This document shows, one piece after another, positions 1 through 7,397 of a DNA stretch of 32,000 nt. The notes below the pieces were generated by a model. The model worked only from the letters and a program-made list of their open reading frames with translations, was not told the origin of the DNA and did not search any database. A program made the position numbers and the translations under genes. The stretch's first letter is position 1. Each line of letters starts with the position of its first letter. The DNA is from Ignicoccus pacificus DSM 13166 (lineage in GTDB: Archaea > Thermoproteota > Thermoprotei_A > Sulfolobales > Ignicoccaceae): the NCBI GenBank assembly GCA_025340205.1, contig CP006868.1, positions 330,001-362,000 on the forward strand. Reading direction: 5' to 3'.

Positions 1-337
1 CCCCAGCACCCTTACCTCGCTTTCCTCTTTCATGAGGATTTCAATGAAAAAGTGCCATATCTTTCCTAGGAGCATCCTCACCTTTTGCTTCAGAGTAACC
101 TCTTTGGCTAAGTGAGTTTCGAAGAACAGCAGCCTCGGGCAGAACGCTAAGGTCCTTAACTCGGAAGGCCTCACCCTCATCCCTTCTCGAACTCCCCTTC
201 CCTCTACCCCGCGAAGGGGGTCATGAAGGATAGGAAGCGATGGTAATATTGAGAAAGTTGAGGTTGAACAAAAACCTCAAGGAGCAGTTTCACCTAGTTC
301 TCTATTGTAATTACCTCTAGGAAGATGGATAACAACG

Positions 338-408
338 ACGGGCGGAGATGATGAGCGACCGACCTCTCGACCGATGAGAGAAGGGCTGGTCTCTGGCCCG
401 ACCCGCCT
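338..408 (+). ncRNA. candidate C/D box sRNA (weak)
   Basis: There is a perfect box C AUGAUGA at 348-354. A 12-nt spacer (355-366) is followed by the D'-like UCGA at 367-370. A C'-like CGAUGA sits at 372-377. A terminal stem GGCGG (341-345) / CCGCC (403-407) brackets the element. Box D is only degenerate (CUGG 393-396 or CCGA 398-401) and the second spacer is too long. No ORF of 60 aa or more lies in this region. Confidence 0.3.
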
Positions 409-510
409 TCGTGGGAGAGTGCTACTCGAGAATTTAATAATTGTACTTCCCCCACGTCCACCTCCTTCCGGCCTCTAAATTATTCCGCGAAAAGTACGGA
501 GGGGTAGGAG

Positions 511-771
511 ATGGGTTACACAGTTCAATTAACGAAGAGGGCAGCTAAGGGAGCTCTATTACTCCCAAGGACCTACAAGGAACTTCTGAAGCAGCTAATC
601 GAAGAGTTAAAGAAAGATCCTCTTCCCAAGAACTTTGATATAAAGAAGCTGAAAGGATACAGGAGCACTTACAGAGTGAGGTTAGGAAGCTACAGGGTGA
701 TTTACGTAGTTGATGAAAAGAACAAGGTGATCACTCTAACCTACGTAGGGCCTCGTGGAGAGGCATATTGA
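511..771 (+). CDS. relE: RelE/ParE-family type II toxin (mRNA interferase-like)
   Basis: The 86-aa ORF has a GGAGGGGTAGGAG Shine-Dalgarno-like run directly upstream. Its C-terminal half, KLKGYRSTYRVRLGSYRVIYVVDEKNKVITLTYVGPRGEAY, matches the RelE/ParE pattern (YR.R.G.YRviY...d....i.i..v.hR...Y). No antitoxin ORF is found upstream. Confidence 0.75.
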   Translation: MGYTVQLTKRAAKGALLLPRTYKELLKQLIEELKKDPLPKNFDIKKLKGYRSTYRVRLGSYRVIYVVDEKNKVITLTYVGPRGEAY

Positions 772-904
772 GGAGTTCCTCGAACTCCTCCAAACTAACG
801 ACTTCTGCTTTACCGCTCAAGAACTCCTCGATCGCCTCCACTTCGTCGGGCAGAGGCTCGACCTCTTCTATTACTTCCCTAGCAGCTCTACTCAACTTTC
901 CCAA
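731..904 (-). pseudogene. antitoxin-like remnant, convergent with and overlapping the relE 3' end
   Basis: The minus-strand frame reads LGKLSRAAREVIEEVEPLPDEVEAIEEFLSGKAEVVSLEEFEELLNMPLHEALRRLE*. It has only TTG starts (904 or 895), and an in-frame ATG-TAA lies immediately upstream (916-911). It shares the EVEPLPDE[LV]EAIEEF motif with the + strand ORF at 1024-1206. At 57 codons it falls below the ORF-track cutoff. Confidence 0.35.
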
Positions 905-959
905 CCCCTCTTACATAACATTAATACCGTATAATAGCTCGCCCTCTCAAAAGTAGCTG

Positions 960-1206
960 ATGCTCAGAGAGCTTCTGAACTCCGACACAGTTCCCAATAC
1001 GGGAATTGGATTGCTGACCCAAGATGAGCTTCGGGAGATCAAGAGGCTCCTGGAGAGGGTGGAGGAACTCTTGGAGATATCTCTTCAAGGAGGTTGAGCC
1101 CTTACCAGACGAGCTGGAAGCAATCGAAGAGTTCAAAAAGGAGAAGGATAACTTGGAGCTAATCCCCTTAGAGGAGGTCGAACGTGAGCTCAGTAACTCT
1201 AACTAG
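960..1206 (+). pseudogene. frameshifted antitoxin-like gene
   Basis: Frame 3 from ATG 960 gives MLRELLNSDTVPNTGIGLLTQDELREIKRLLERVEELLEISLQGG* with its stop at 1095-1097. Frame 1 continues the plausible sequence as ..FKEVEPLPDELEAIEEFKKEKDNLELIPLEEVERELSNSN*, ending at 1206. The N-terminal part of the listed ORF 1024..1206 (MSFGRSRGSWRGWRNSWRY) looks like out-of-frame noise. A 1-nt indel near 1075-1090 would join the two halves. Confidence 0.4.
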
Positions 1207-1382
1207 GAAGGCTCTGAAGGAGCTCGAGGACTTCCCTTTCGTGAGACTCGACATAAAGAGGTTAGCTGGGAAGAGGAACCACTACCGCTTGAGGGTTGAA
1301 CTGATCAGAGTCCTCTTTTACTACGAAAGGGATTAAGGCGATCGTCTACGCGATAAGGCCGAGAGCGCGTATTGACTTGTAA
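1184..1382 (+). pseudogene. decayed RelE-like toxin (internal deletion plus frameshift)
   Basis: GTG 1184 overlaps the end of the preceding antitoxin-like frame. It gives VSSVTLTRKALKELEDFPFVRLDIKRLAGKRNHYRLRVELIRVLFYYERD* with its stop at 1334-1336. The +1 frame continues KGIKAIVYAIRPRARIDL*, ending at 1382. This aligns by eye with the intact RelE at 511-771 (TVQLTKRA..., DIKKLKG..YRVRLG.YRVIY, ..VITLTYVGPR), but the middle segment is missing and the G.YR motif is lost. Confidence 0.45.
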
Positions 1383-1557
1383 GGCCTAACTTAAGGTTAT
1401 TCTAAATTAAGGAAATCTGGGAAAGATCTGTTAGTAAACTCTAGCGAAGTTCTCATAGAAATGAACGATACTTCTGATCGAGAATCATCCAACCGCGCGT
1501 CCTATCAGGCTTGAGAAGAGCTGATAAAATCTTTCAAGCGCATCTCGACGGAGACCG

Positions 1558-1749
1558 ATGAAGCTGGGAAAGCGGGATCCTCAAGGATACTTCGTGATAC
1601 TAGCTGATCCGAGGGCCAAGGAAACGCTTCCCGAAGGAGTTGAAACGATGGATGAAGGAGACGTTTTAATCATAAGGGTGAAGTCGAGATCCCTTGCCAC
1701 TAAGATTGTCAGAAAGCTCGAGAGGGAAGGACTGTTAAGAGGTGCCTAG
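1558..1749 (+). CDS. small hypothetical protein (63 aa)
   Basis: The ATG ORF has a GGAGA run 4 nt upstream and codon/GC style like the core genes. No motif is recognised. It is followed by a GC-rich hairpin cluster. Confidence 0.35.
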   Translation: MKLGKRDPQGYFVILADPRAKETLPEGVETMDEGDVLIIRVKSRSLATKIVRKLEREGLLRGA

Positions 1750-1940
1750 GGGCGCCAGGGCAGTTCACCGACCGCCCTCGGCGGCCTCCAGCCCTGGAGG
1801 GCCTCTTGACGCTTTCCTCAGCACCTTCTTATTAGTTGTAGTTGCGCAATTGATCAATAATTAAGTGTTTGCATTTTTAACTCTGTTCAAAAGCATACAT
1901 TTGACTACTTAAATAGCTGATATCTATTAACTTACCCTGG

Positions 1941-2423
1941 ATGATAGGAATGGAGGAAGAAGCTTTGTTAGAGTATTACAAGCACGAAGGAATCGTGCTA
2001 GATAAAGAGATATTCATCGATATGGTAGAGAAGATGATTAAATATCCCCTTATAAAGAAAATGATGTTCAATTACTTCAAGAGCTTAGGGGAGATAATGG
2101 CCAGGAAGTTAAAGGAAAAGGGAATACTAGGCAACGACGATCCCCTCGTGGAGACCTTGGAGCTCTGCAGGGTAAGCGGCTACCTAGATTCTTACAAGAT
2201 CCTAGAGCAGAAGGAGGACTTCGCTTCAGTCAGGGTAGATGGAGCTATGTTCGGAGAGACCTTCAGGAGGAAGGGTATTGAGAAGAAGAAGGCTGACGAG
2301 CCCTTAGCTTGCTACATGGAGGGAGTGTATCAAGAACTGACCAAGAGGAAGGTGAAGGTAGAGGAGGAGGCTTGCGTAGCTGAGGGAGCCCCCTACTGCG
2401 TCTTCAACTTCCACATCAAATGA
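1941..2423 (+). CDS. V4R-domain protein (small-molecule-binding domain family)
   Basis: In this 160-aa ORF the C-terminal half, LCRVSGYLDS...ACYMEGVYQELTKRKVKVEEEACVAEGAPYCVFNFHIK, fits the V4R pattern (C..e.G......v.v.E..C.a.G...C.F.i). Confidence 0.6.
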   Translation: MIGMEEEALLEYYKHEGIVLDKEIFIDMVEKMIKYPLIKKMMFNYFKSLGEIMARKLKEKGILGNDDPLVETLELCRVSGYLDSYKILEQKEDFASVRVDGAMFGETFRRKGIEKKKADEPLACYMEGVYQELTKRKVKVEEEACVAEGAPYCVFNFHIK

Positions 2424-3081
2424 CTCCTCTCTCGAGCAAGCTCATCTTGAGCGCTCTGTTCTTTCTCAAGGCGTTGTGGAGCGCCTCTTCGACGCTCCCG
2501 TAGAACTTTATCTTAATGAAAACTCCCGTCCTTCCCTTCTCCCTTCTTCTGCTGAGCAGCCTGACCCTCTCCTCTACGGTCTCCTGACTTATTCCCAAGA
2601 GCTTCGCTACCTCTCCTTCCTTCCCTATTATGCTCTCCTCCCAGTGACCCTCATCCCTCGGAAGGATCAGGAAGAGCCTCTTGTCCACTCCCGGCACCCT
2701 CTTGCCTTGAAGGAGTCCATTTAGGTCAAGCTGGCCTCCAAAGGCGTAGAACTCGAACTCTCTAGGAGAGAGCTTGGCGAGGGGAAAGGACACCATAACT
2801 TCTTCCTTGTAATCGAGGGCCAAGTAGACCTTGGGGGTGCTGGCGGGAGTTGCTTGAATTATGTACCCATGGGAGAAGGATCCTAAAGCTACCTCTACCG
2901 AGAGGGGGGAAACGGGGAAGGTAATCGCTATATCTATGTCGCTTTCCTCGTTGACATCTCCTCTAGCTACTGAGCCGTGAACTACAGGGGAGAACTGAGC
3001 GAGCTTCTTCATGATGCTTATTGCCTTCTCTCTCTTCCTCTTCAGTATCTCCCAGCGCCTCTTATCATAGACTATGAGCAT
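2416..3081 (-). CDS. Pol-beta-superfamily nucleotidyltransferase domain protein
   Basis: The 221-aa ORF carries the N-terminal motif HGSVARGDVNEESDIDIAI, which fits the minimal NTase signature (GS..RG...SDhDh). Its C-terminal extension has an HTH-like stretch, LLGISQETVEERVRLL. It lies 36 nt downstream of the DUF1152-like gene on the same strand. Confidence 0.7.
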   Translation of the reverse strand: MLIVYDKRRWEILKRKREKAISIMKKLAQFSPVVHGSVARGDVNEESDIDIAITFPVSPLSVEVALGSFSHGYIIQATPASTPKVYLALDYKEEVMVSFPLAKLSPREFEFYAFGGQLDLNGLLQGKRVPGVDKRLFLILPRDEGHWEESIIGKEGEVAKLLGISQETVEERVRLLSRRREKGRTGVFIKIKFYGSVEEALHNALRKNRALKMSLLERGVI

Positions 3082-3117
3082 TACCTTTCCTTCCCCTTTC
3101 CCAGTCGTCTCTAGAAC

Positions 3118-4197
3118 TTATGAGCACTTCCTTTTCATTAAGACCCTCCTCTTAGCTTCCTCCAAGTTCTCCTTGCTCCAGCCACCCAAGGTCTTCAGCT
3201 CCTTCTCCAGCTCGTACTCGCTGGTGGAGCACCTCTCCAAGAGCTTTGTGCTGGCCTCCTCAACGCTCTCAGTGCCCCTGACCGCTTCGGCCAGCTCGCT
3301 CTCCACCTTGGAGGCATCCAAGTGGAATATCGAAGCCAGAACGGGGCTGAGGAAGAGGGTTCTAGATCCTCTCCTTATCTTAACTTCACCGTAGACGCCC
3401 TTCGCTGCCTCTATCACCATTTTGGAGGCCTCAGTGTGCATGAAACTCATCGCCTTTTCGCACTCGGAAGCCAAGCTTCTGGATATAATGAAGCCTCCTT
3501 CGTTCCCTCCCCTTCTCCAGACCTCCGCTATCCTCTCTAGGACCTTCTGGGTAGGTAGCTCTCCGTCACAGCCGGGACCCGCTATGGATAAGATGGAATT
3601 TTCGAACTCCTTCAAGGCTGCTAGGCCAACTGAGTCGGCCAGGGGACTCCAGACCTCCTCGTCTCCGGGCTTGGCTAGGACGTCGCCTCCAGCATCAACT
3701 CCAATCACGATCTCAGCTTCAGTGAGTTCCAAGGCTTCCTTCAAGCCGTTGAGCATACCCTTGTAGCCCGATTTAAGGTCTAAGACTATTACCTCTATTC
3801 CCGCGGCTTTAGCCAAGAGGGAGGCTTGAGGCTCTACTTTCTTTCCCTCTCTTAGGGCATATTCTCCTCCCCTCACTATCCCTATCCACTTTCCCAGTTC
3901 CGTTCCCACTAATTCCTTAGGAGAGATGGGTCCGGGGACGGGATCTCTTACCATTCTCTCCCAGATTATGCTCGCCAAGTAAGGCTGGGCCCCTATCGCC
4001 CTGAGCCATCGGTAAACGCAGAAGGCAGAGGCCACGTCGCCTCCTCCGCCTATCCCAACCACCAAGACCTTCCTTCCCTTCACCCTCTCCTCTAACATCT
4101 CAAGCTCCGAACGAAGGGAACGGTAGAAGTCAATAAGGCTGAGCTGAAATACCTCGGAATCCGAGGTATATTTGGTGAGTTTATGCTTGGATCCCAA
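3118..4197 (-). CDS. conserved archaeal protein, DUF1152-like (GIGGGGD motif)
   Basis: This is a long ORF of 359 aa. VLVVGIGGGGDVASAF plus a second GVDAGGDVL motif matches my recollection of the DUF1152 family. The start at 4197 overlaps the divergent PadR start, so the internal ATG at 4098 (MLEERVKGRKVLVVGIGGGGD) is a plausible true start. Confidence 0.55.
   Translation of the reverse strand: MGSKHKLTKYTSDSEVFQLSLIDFYRSLRSELEMLEERVKGRKVLVVGIGGGGDVASAFCVYRWLRAIGAQPYLASIIWERMVRDPVPGPISPKELVGTELGKWIGIVRGGEYALREGKKVEPQASLLAKAAGIEVIVLDLKSGYKGMLNGLKEALELTEAEIVIGVDAGGDVLAKPGDEEVWSPLADSVGLAALKEFENSILSIAGPGCDGELPTQKVLERIAEVWRRGGNEGGFIISRSLASECEKAMSFMHTEASKMVIEAAKGVYGEVKIRRGSRTLFLSPVLASIFHLDASKVESELAEAVRGTESVEEASTKLLERCSTSEYELEKELKTLGGWSKENLEEAKRRVLMKRKCS
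4151..4167. promoter_or_regulatory. perfect 17-bp palindrome, candidate PadR operator overlapping a TATA-like element
   Basis: The sequence is ACCTCGGA-A-TCCGAGGT, with 8-bp arms and a 1-nt centre. It is immediately followed by ATATTTGG and the PadR start codons (TTG 4172, GTG 4175, TTG 4187). Confidence 0.5.
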
Positions 4198-4495
4198 GAG
4201 GGAGTTCTGGAAGGGAACGTACTATCTTCTGATATTGAAGATGATAAAGGAGTCGGGAACGAGCTACGGCTACGAGCTGAGGAAGGCTTTGAAGGAGCTG
4301 AAGCCGAGCGAGAGTACGATATACGACACTTTGAAGAAGTTGGAAAAAGGAGGGTACGTGAAGGGGGAATGGGTAAAGGTGAAGGGGAGGGCAAGGAAGA
4401 GGTATCAGCTAACGGAAAGGGGAGAGGAGCTCTTGAGGGAATTGGAAGAGGAGGCAAGGCTCTTGTGCTCCTTCCTTACTGGCCCAAGGAAGTGA
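4172..4495 (+). CDS. PadR-family winged-helix transcriptional regulator
   Basis: WKGTYYLLILKMIKESGTSYGYELRKAL...STIYDTLKKLEKGGYVKGEWVKVKGRARKRYQLTERGEELL matches the PadR pattern (yGYel......g.lY..L.rLe..G.v......grprk.Y.lT..G). The exact start is uncertain (4172, 4175 or 4187). Confidence 0.75.
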   Translation: MVSLCLDPKREFWKGTYYLLILKMIKESGTSYGYELRKALKELKPSESTIYDTLKKLEKGGYVKGEWVKVKGRARKRYQLTERGEELLRELEEEARLLCSFLTGPRK

Positions 4496-5136
4496 CGACG
4501 CTTCTGTTCATAATAAATTTAATAGTCTCGATCTCTATGATGCTTAGCGATAAGCTAAAGCTTAATAGATACAAAGCAGTGACTAAGATTCCTTATAAGA
4601 ACTTGAAGGTAATAGGTGCATTGATGTTCCTAATAAATTTCGTTGACCCGTTAATAGCAGATATATTCATGGGCACCTCATTAGTTTTGAGTTTCGCTCT
4701 TACCTTGAAGGAAATAGAAAGAAGAGGAGAGCTGGAAGGGCTCTTGGAAGGAGGGGAGGGGGAGACAATAAAACCCTTCGAACTCGGAAAGGTTCTCTTC
4801 ATTACCTCGGTATCGTTAATGATAGCGTCGATAGCTCTGCTAATCCTAGCTTACCCCATCCTCCCTCAAAGGGTGGTCGTTCACTTTGGAATTGACATGA
4901 AGCCGAACGGATGGATGGATAAGGTGGGCTTTGCGATAATGTACTTGGTTAATGTGCTAATGATGGGATTCTTCAGCGCTTTGATAAGCTGGATGAGCTT
5001 CAAGGAGCCCGGAGCCCTCTACTCACTATCGAAAAACGATGAGAGGAACCTCAAGGCGTTCGTAGCTCTTATGTTCGCAACGCAATTGATAGCTACATTT
5101 GCAATGATCTACTTGCTCTGGTACAACTTGACGTAA
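4492..5136 (+). CDS. multi-pass membrane protein, DUF1648/SdpI-like
   Basis: GTG 4492 overlaps the PadR stop (GTGA) and is in frame with the listed ORF 4183..5136. There are 5 hydrophobic segments. VVVHFGIDMKPNGWMDK resembles the DUF1648 motif (Hf...G.pdgw..k). The first roughly 100 codons of the listed ORF overlap padR out of frame and look spurious. Confidence 0.6.
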   Translation: MTTLLFIINLIVSISMMLSDKLKLNRYKAVTKIPYKNLKVIGALMFLINFVDPLIADIFMGTSLVLSFALTLKEIERRGELEGLLEGGEGETIKPFELGKVLFITSVSLMIASIALLILAYPILPQRVVVHFGIDMKPNGWMDKVGFAIMYLVNVLMMGFFSALISWMSFKEPGALYSLSKNDERNLKAFVALMFATQLIATFAMIYLLWYNLT

Positions 5137-5178
5137 CCCTCCTATTACCCCCATGCCCTTTTCCCTCGGGGTAAGAGC

Positions 5179-6324
5179 TTGCCAGAGGCCTTGGAGAAGA
5201 GCACGGATTATGAGAGATTGATAAAGGTATTCGGAGTTAGCAAGCTCACTGAGGAAATAATTAATGAGCTGCCCGAGGTCCACAAATTATTCAAAATTGG
5301 ATACTTCTTCGCTCACAGGGACTTCGATAAGATCGTAAAGAGGTGGAAGGAGGGAGAGACCTTCGCTATATTGACCGGGAGGGGTCCCTCGGGAGGCCTT
5401 CACTTGGGTCACTTGCTCATCTTCGACTTCGTCCTCTGGATGCAGAAGACCTTCAAGGTACCGGTGTTCATCCCTCTGAGCGACGATGAGAAGTATGTCT
5501 TCAAGAAGGTAAAGAACTTGAGGGACTCGGAGTTCTACGCTTATGATAACGCTTTGGACATAATAGCCCTAGGCTACGACGAGAGGTGGACAAACTTCTT
5601 CATTTCCACGAAAATGCTCGACGTCTATCAGTTAGCCGTAACCCTCTCCAGACACGTCACCCTAAACGAGGTCAAGGCAGTCTTCGGCTTCACAGACAGC
5701 GACAACCCCGGCAAGTACTTCTACGCGGTAGTCCAATCCGCTCACATACTCTATCCGACTTGGAGGAAGGGCTTCGTCTCCTTGGTACCCATCGCGATAG
5801 ACCAAGATCCTTACATAAGGCTGAGTAGGGATATAGCCGAAAGGGTGAAGCTCCCCAAGCCGGCTGCTTTGCACAGCAAGTACTTACCCGGTTTGACGGG
5901 AGAGCCTATGAGCGCCAGCAAACCCGAAACCGCAATCTTCCTAACTGACAAGCCTAAGGAGATAAAGAAGAAGATATGGCAAGCGTTGACGGGAGGACAG
6001 CCTACCATAGAGGAGCAGAGGGAGAAGGGAGGCAATCCGGAGAAGTGCGTCGTCTTCCAGTGGCTCGAGACCTTCTTGTTGGAGCCAAAGGAAGCTCAAG
6101 AGCTTAAGGAGAGGTGCAAGAGGGGAGAGCAGCTCTGCGGGGACTGTAAGAAAATGCTCTACAAGGGTTTAGTAAAGAAGCTGAAGGATCATCACAAGAG
6201 GAAGATAGAGGCAATAGACAAGGTTGAGAGGTACTTCATGCATCCAGTTGATCTAGGAGTTATGGATAAGATAAGGGAGAGGGAGGAGGAGCTTCTGAAG
6301 GAGTTCGAGAAGGTCAAGCTATAA
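5179..6324 (+). CDS. trpS: tryptophanyl-tRNA synthetase (archaeal/eukaryal type)
   Basis: The ORF is 381 aa. TGRGPSGGLHLGHLLIF is the HIGH region. IPLSDDEKYVFK is the TrpRS-typical DDEK segment. PMSASKP corresponds to KMSAS. DYERLIKVFGV lies near the N-terminus. It has a TTG start. Confidence 0.9.
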   Translation: MPEALEKSTDYERLIKVFGVSKLTEEIINELPEVHKLFKIGYFFAHRDFDKIVKRWKEGETFAILTGRGPSGGLHLGHLLIFDFVLWMQKTFKVPVFIPLSDDEKYVFKKVKNLRDSEFYAYDNALDIIALGYDERWTNFFISTKMLDVYQLAVTLSRHVTLNEVKAVFGFTDSDNPGKYFYAVVQSAHILYPTWRKGFVSLVPIAIDQDPYIRLSRDIAERVKLPKPAALHSKYLPGLTGEPMSASKPETAIFLTDKPKEIKKKIWQALTGGQPTIEEQREKGGNPEKCVVFQWLETFLLEPKEAQELKERCKRGEQLCGDCKKMLYKGLVKKLKDHHKRKIEAIDKVERYFMHPVDLGVMDKIREREEELLKEFEKVKL

Positions 6325-7329
6325 CATCCTTCTAATTTCCTTAGAGAACTTAACAAGCAAGTCCGGCCTCCCCGGAGCCATCACGTGCACCCCGGGAAGC
6401 TCCAAGGAAAGTATCTCCTCGAGCACCTCCAAGTTCTTGTCTATCACGTACTCGTCTGCCTCCCCCTTCTCCTTAGCCCTCTTCAGTCCTTCCTCGTAGT
6501 CCTTCGGAATAGCCACTCCTTTTTCCTCTAGGAACTTGACTACCTTCCTGCTCGTAGTTATGAGCAAGCTGGGGAGAGTGGGCAATGGAAAATCCTTGAA
6601 CTTTTTTAATACCTTCATCTCGAAGACTGGCTGGCTTTGAGCGAACTGAGCCCCAGCCCTGACCTTCCTCAGGAGCCTCTTTTCTTCATAAGGGAAGTAA
6701 GGGTTCGCTGCGACTCCCGGATGTATGGAGGCCTTTGGAACCTTCCTTCCCTCCCAGTCCAATCCTTGGTTGAGTAAGGAGATCAAGCAGACCAATCTGA
6801 CCGAGTCCAGATCAAAGGTCGAATTGGGAGCCCAGTCGCCGGTCAAGGCTAGCACGTTCCTCACGCCAGAAGCCCACAAGGCGAGCAAAGAGGAGAAGAG
6901 GGCCTCTCTAGTCCTAGCCCTTGTGGTAAGCTGGGCTATCACCTCCACTCCCCTCTCCTTGAGCCAAGCGGAGGCGAAGGTGACGTCGATGTGGGGAAGG
7001 CCTAGGGGGTTGTCGGTTACGTTTACCGCATCGTAGAGCCTAGCTATTTCCATGAATCTCTCGAGCTCCTCGAAGCTCCAAGGCTCCACTTCCGTAGTAA
7101 CGACGAACTTCTCGTTCAGCATGTTCATGAATTCGGAGGTCTCCTCCGGCCGTTTGGGTTTGCATTCGACCTTGAAACCCCTATCCAATATCGGCCTCAA
7201 GTAGCTATCGTTCCTCAAGTTTTCAAATGCCTTCAAGAATGGACACTCGAAGTCATCGACCTCGCAGAGCCTTCCTCTGAGACCTCCGCAGGGGCCGTTG
7301 AGCATCCTCTTCGGGCACTTGATCCTCAC
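6319..7329 (-). CDS. methylenetetrahydrofolate reductase-like protein with N-terminal Cys-rich NGPCGG module
   Basis: The N-terminus CPKRMLNGPCGG...CEV..FECPF resembles the Zn-ribbon-like module known from MetV / the MTHFR C-terminal domain. The body (VNVTDNPLG, IAQLTTRARTREAL, VRNVLALTGDW) resembles the MetF/MTHFR TIM barrel. The stop overlaps the trpS stop by 6 nt (convergent genes). Confidence 0.7.
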   Translation of the reverse strand: MRIKCPKRMLNGPCGGLRGRLCEVDDFECPFLKAFENLRNDSYLRPILDRGFKVECKPKRPEETSEFMNMLNEKFVVTTEVEPWSFEELERFMEIARLYDAVNVTDNPLGLPHIDVTFASAWLKERGVEVIAQLTTRARTREALFSSLLALWASGVRNVLALTGDWAPNSTFDLDSVRLVCLISLLNQGLDWEGRKVPKASIHPGVAANPYFPYEEKRLLRKVRAGAQFAQSQPVFEMKVLKKFKDFPLPTLPSLLITTSRKVVKFLEEKGVAIPKDYEEGLKRAKEKGEADEYVIDKNLEVLEEILSLELPGVHVMAPGRPDLLVKFSKEIRRML

Positions 7330-7397
7330 TATTCGGATCCCTCACGCCCAGCAAGGGGTGAAATAAATCCCTATCACGCACCTCTGGGGGCATTCGT

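Noticed and set aside
1-33. A possible minus-strand gene start (ATG at 33-31, MKEESEVRVLG...) runs off the left edge.
   Set aside because: Only 11 codons are visible, which gives no basis for a call.
768-1136. The listed ORFs 768..956 (+) and 921..1136 (-) were considered as coding genes.
   Set aside because: Both are Ser-rich alternative frames of the antitoxin-like remnants. The frames carrying the EVEPLPDE.EAIEEF motif are the meaningful ones.
4183-4491. The N-terminal roughly 100 codons of the listed 317-aa ORF 4183..5136 are G/E/R-rich (MLGSQEGVLEGN...GKGEGEGKEE).
   Set aside because: This stretch overlaps the well-supported PadR frame out of phase and has low-complexity composition. 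The membrane protein most likely begins at GTG 4492, which overlaps the PadR stop.
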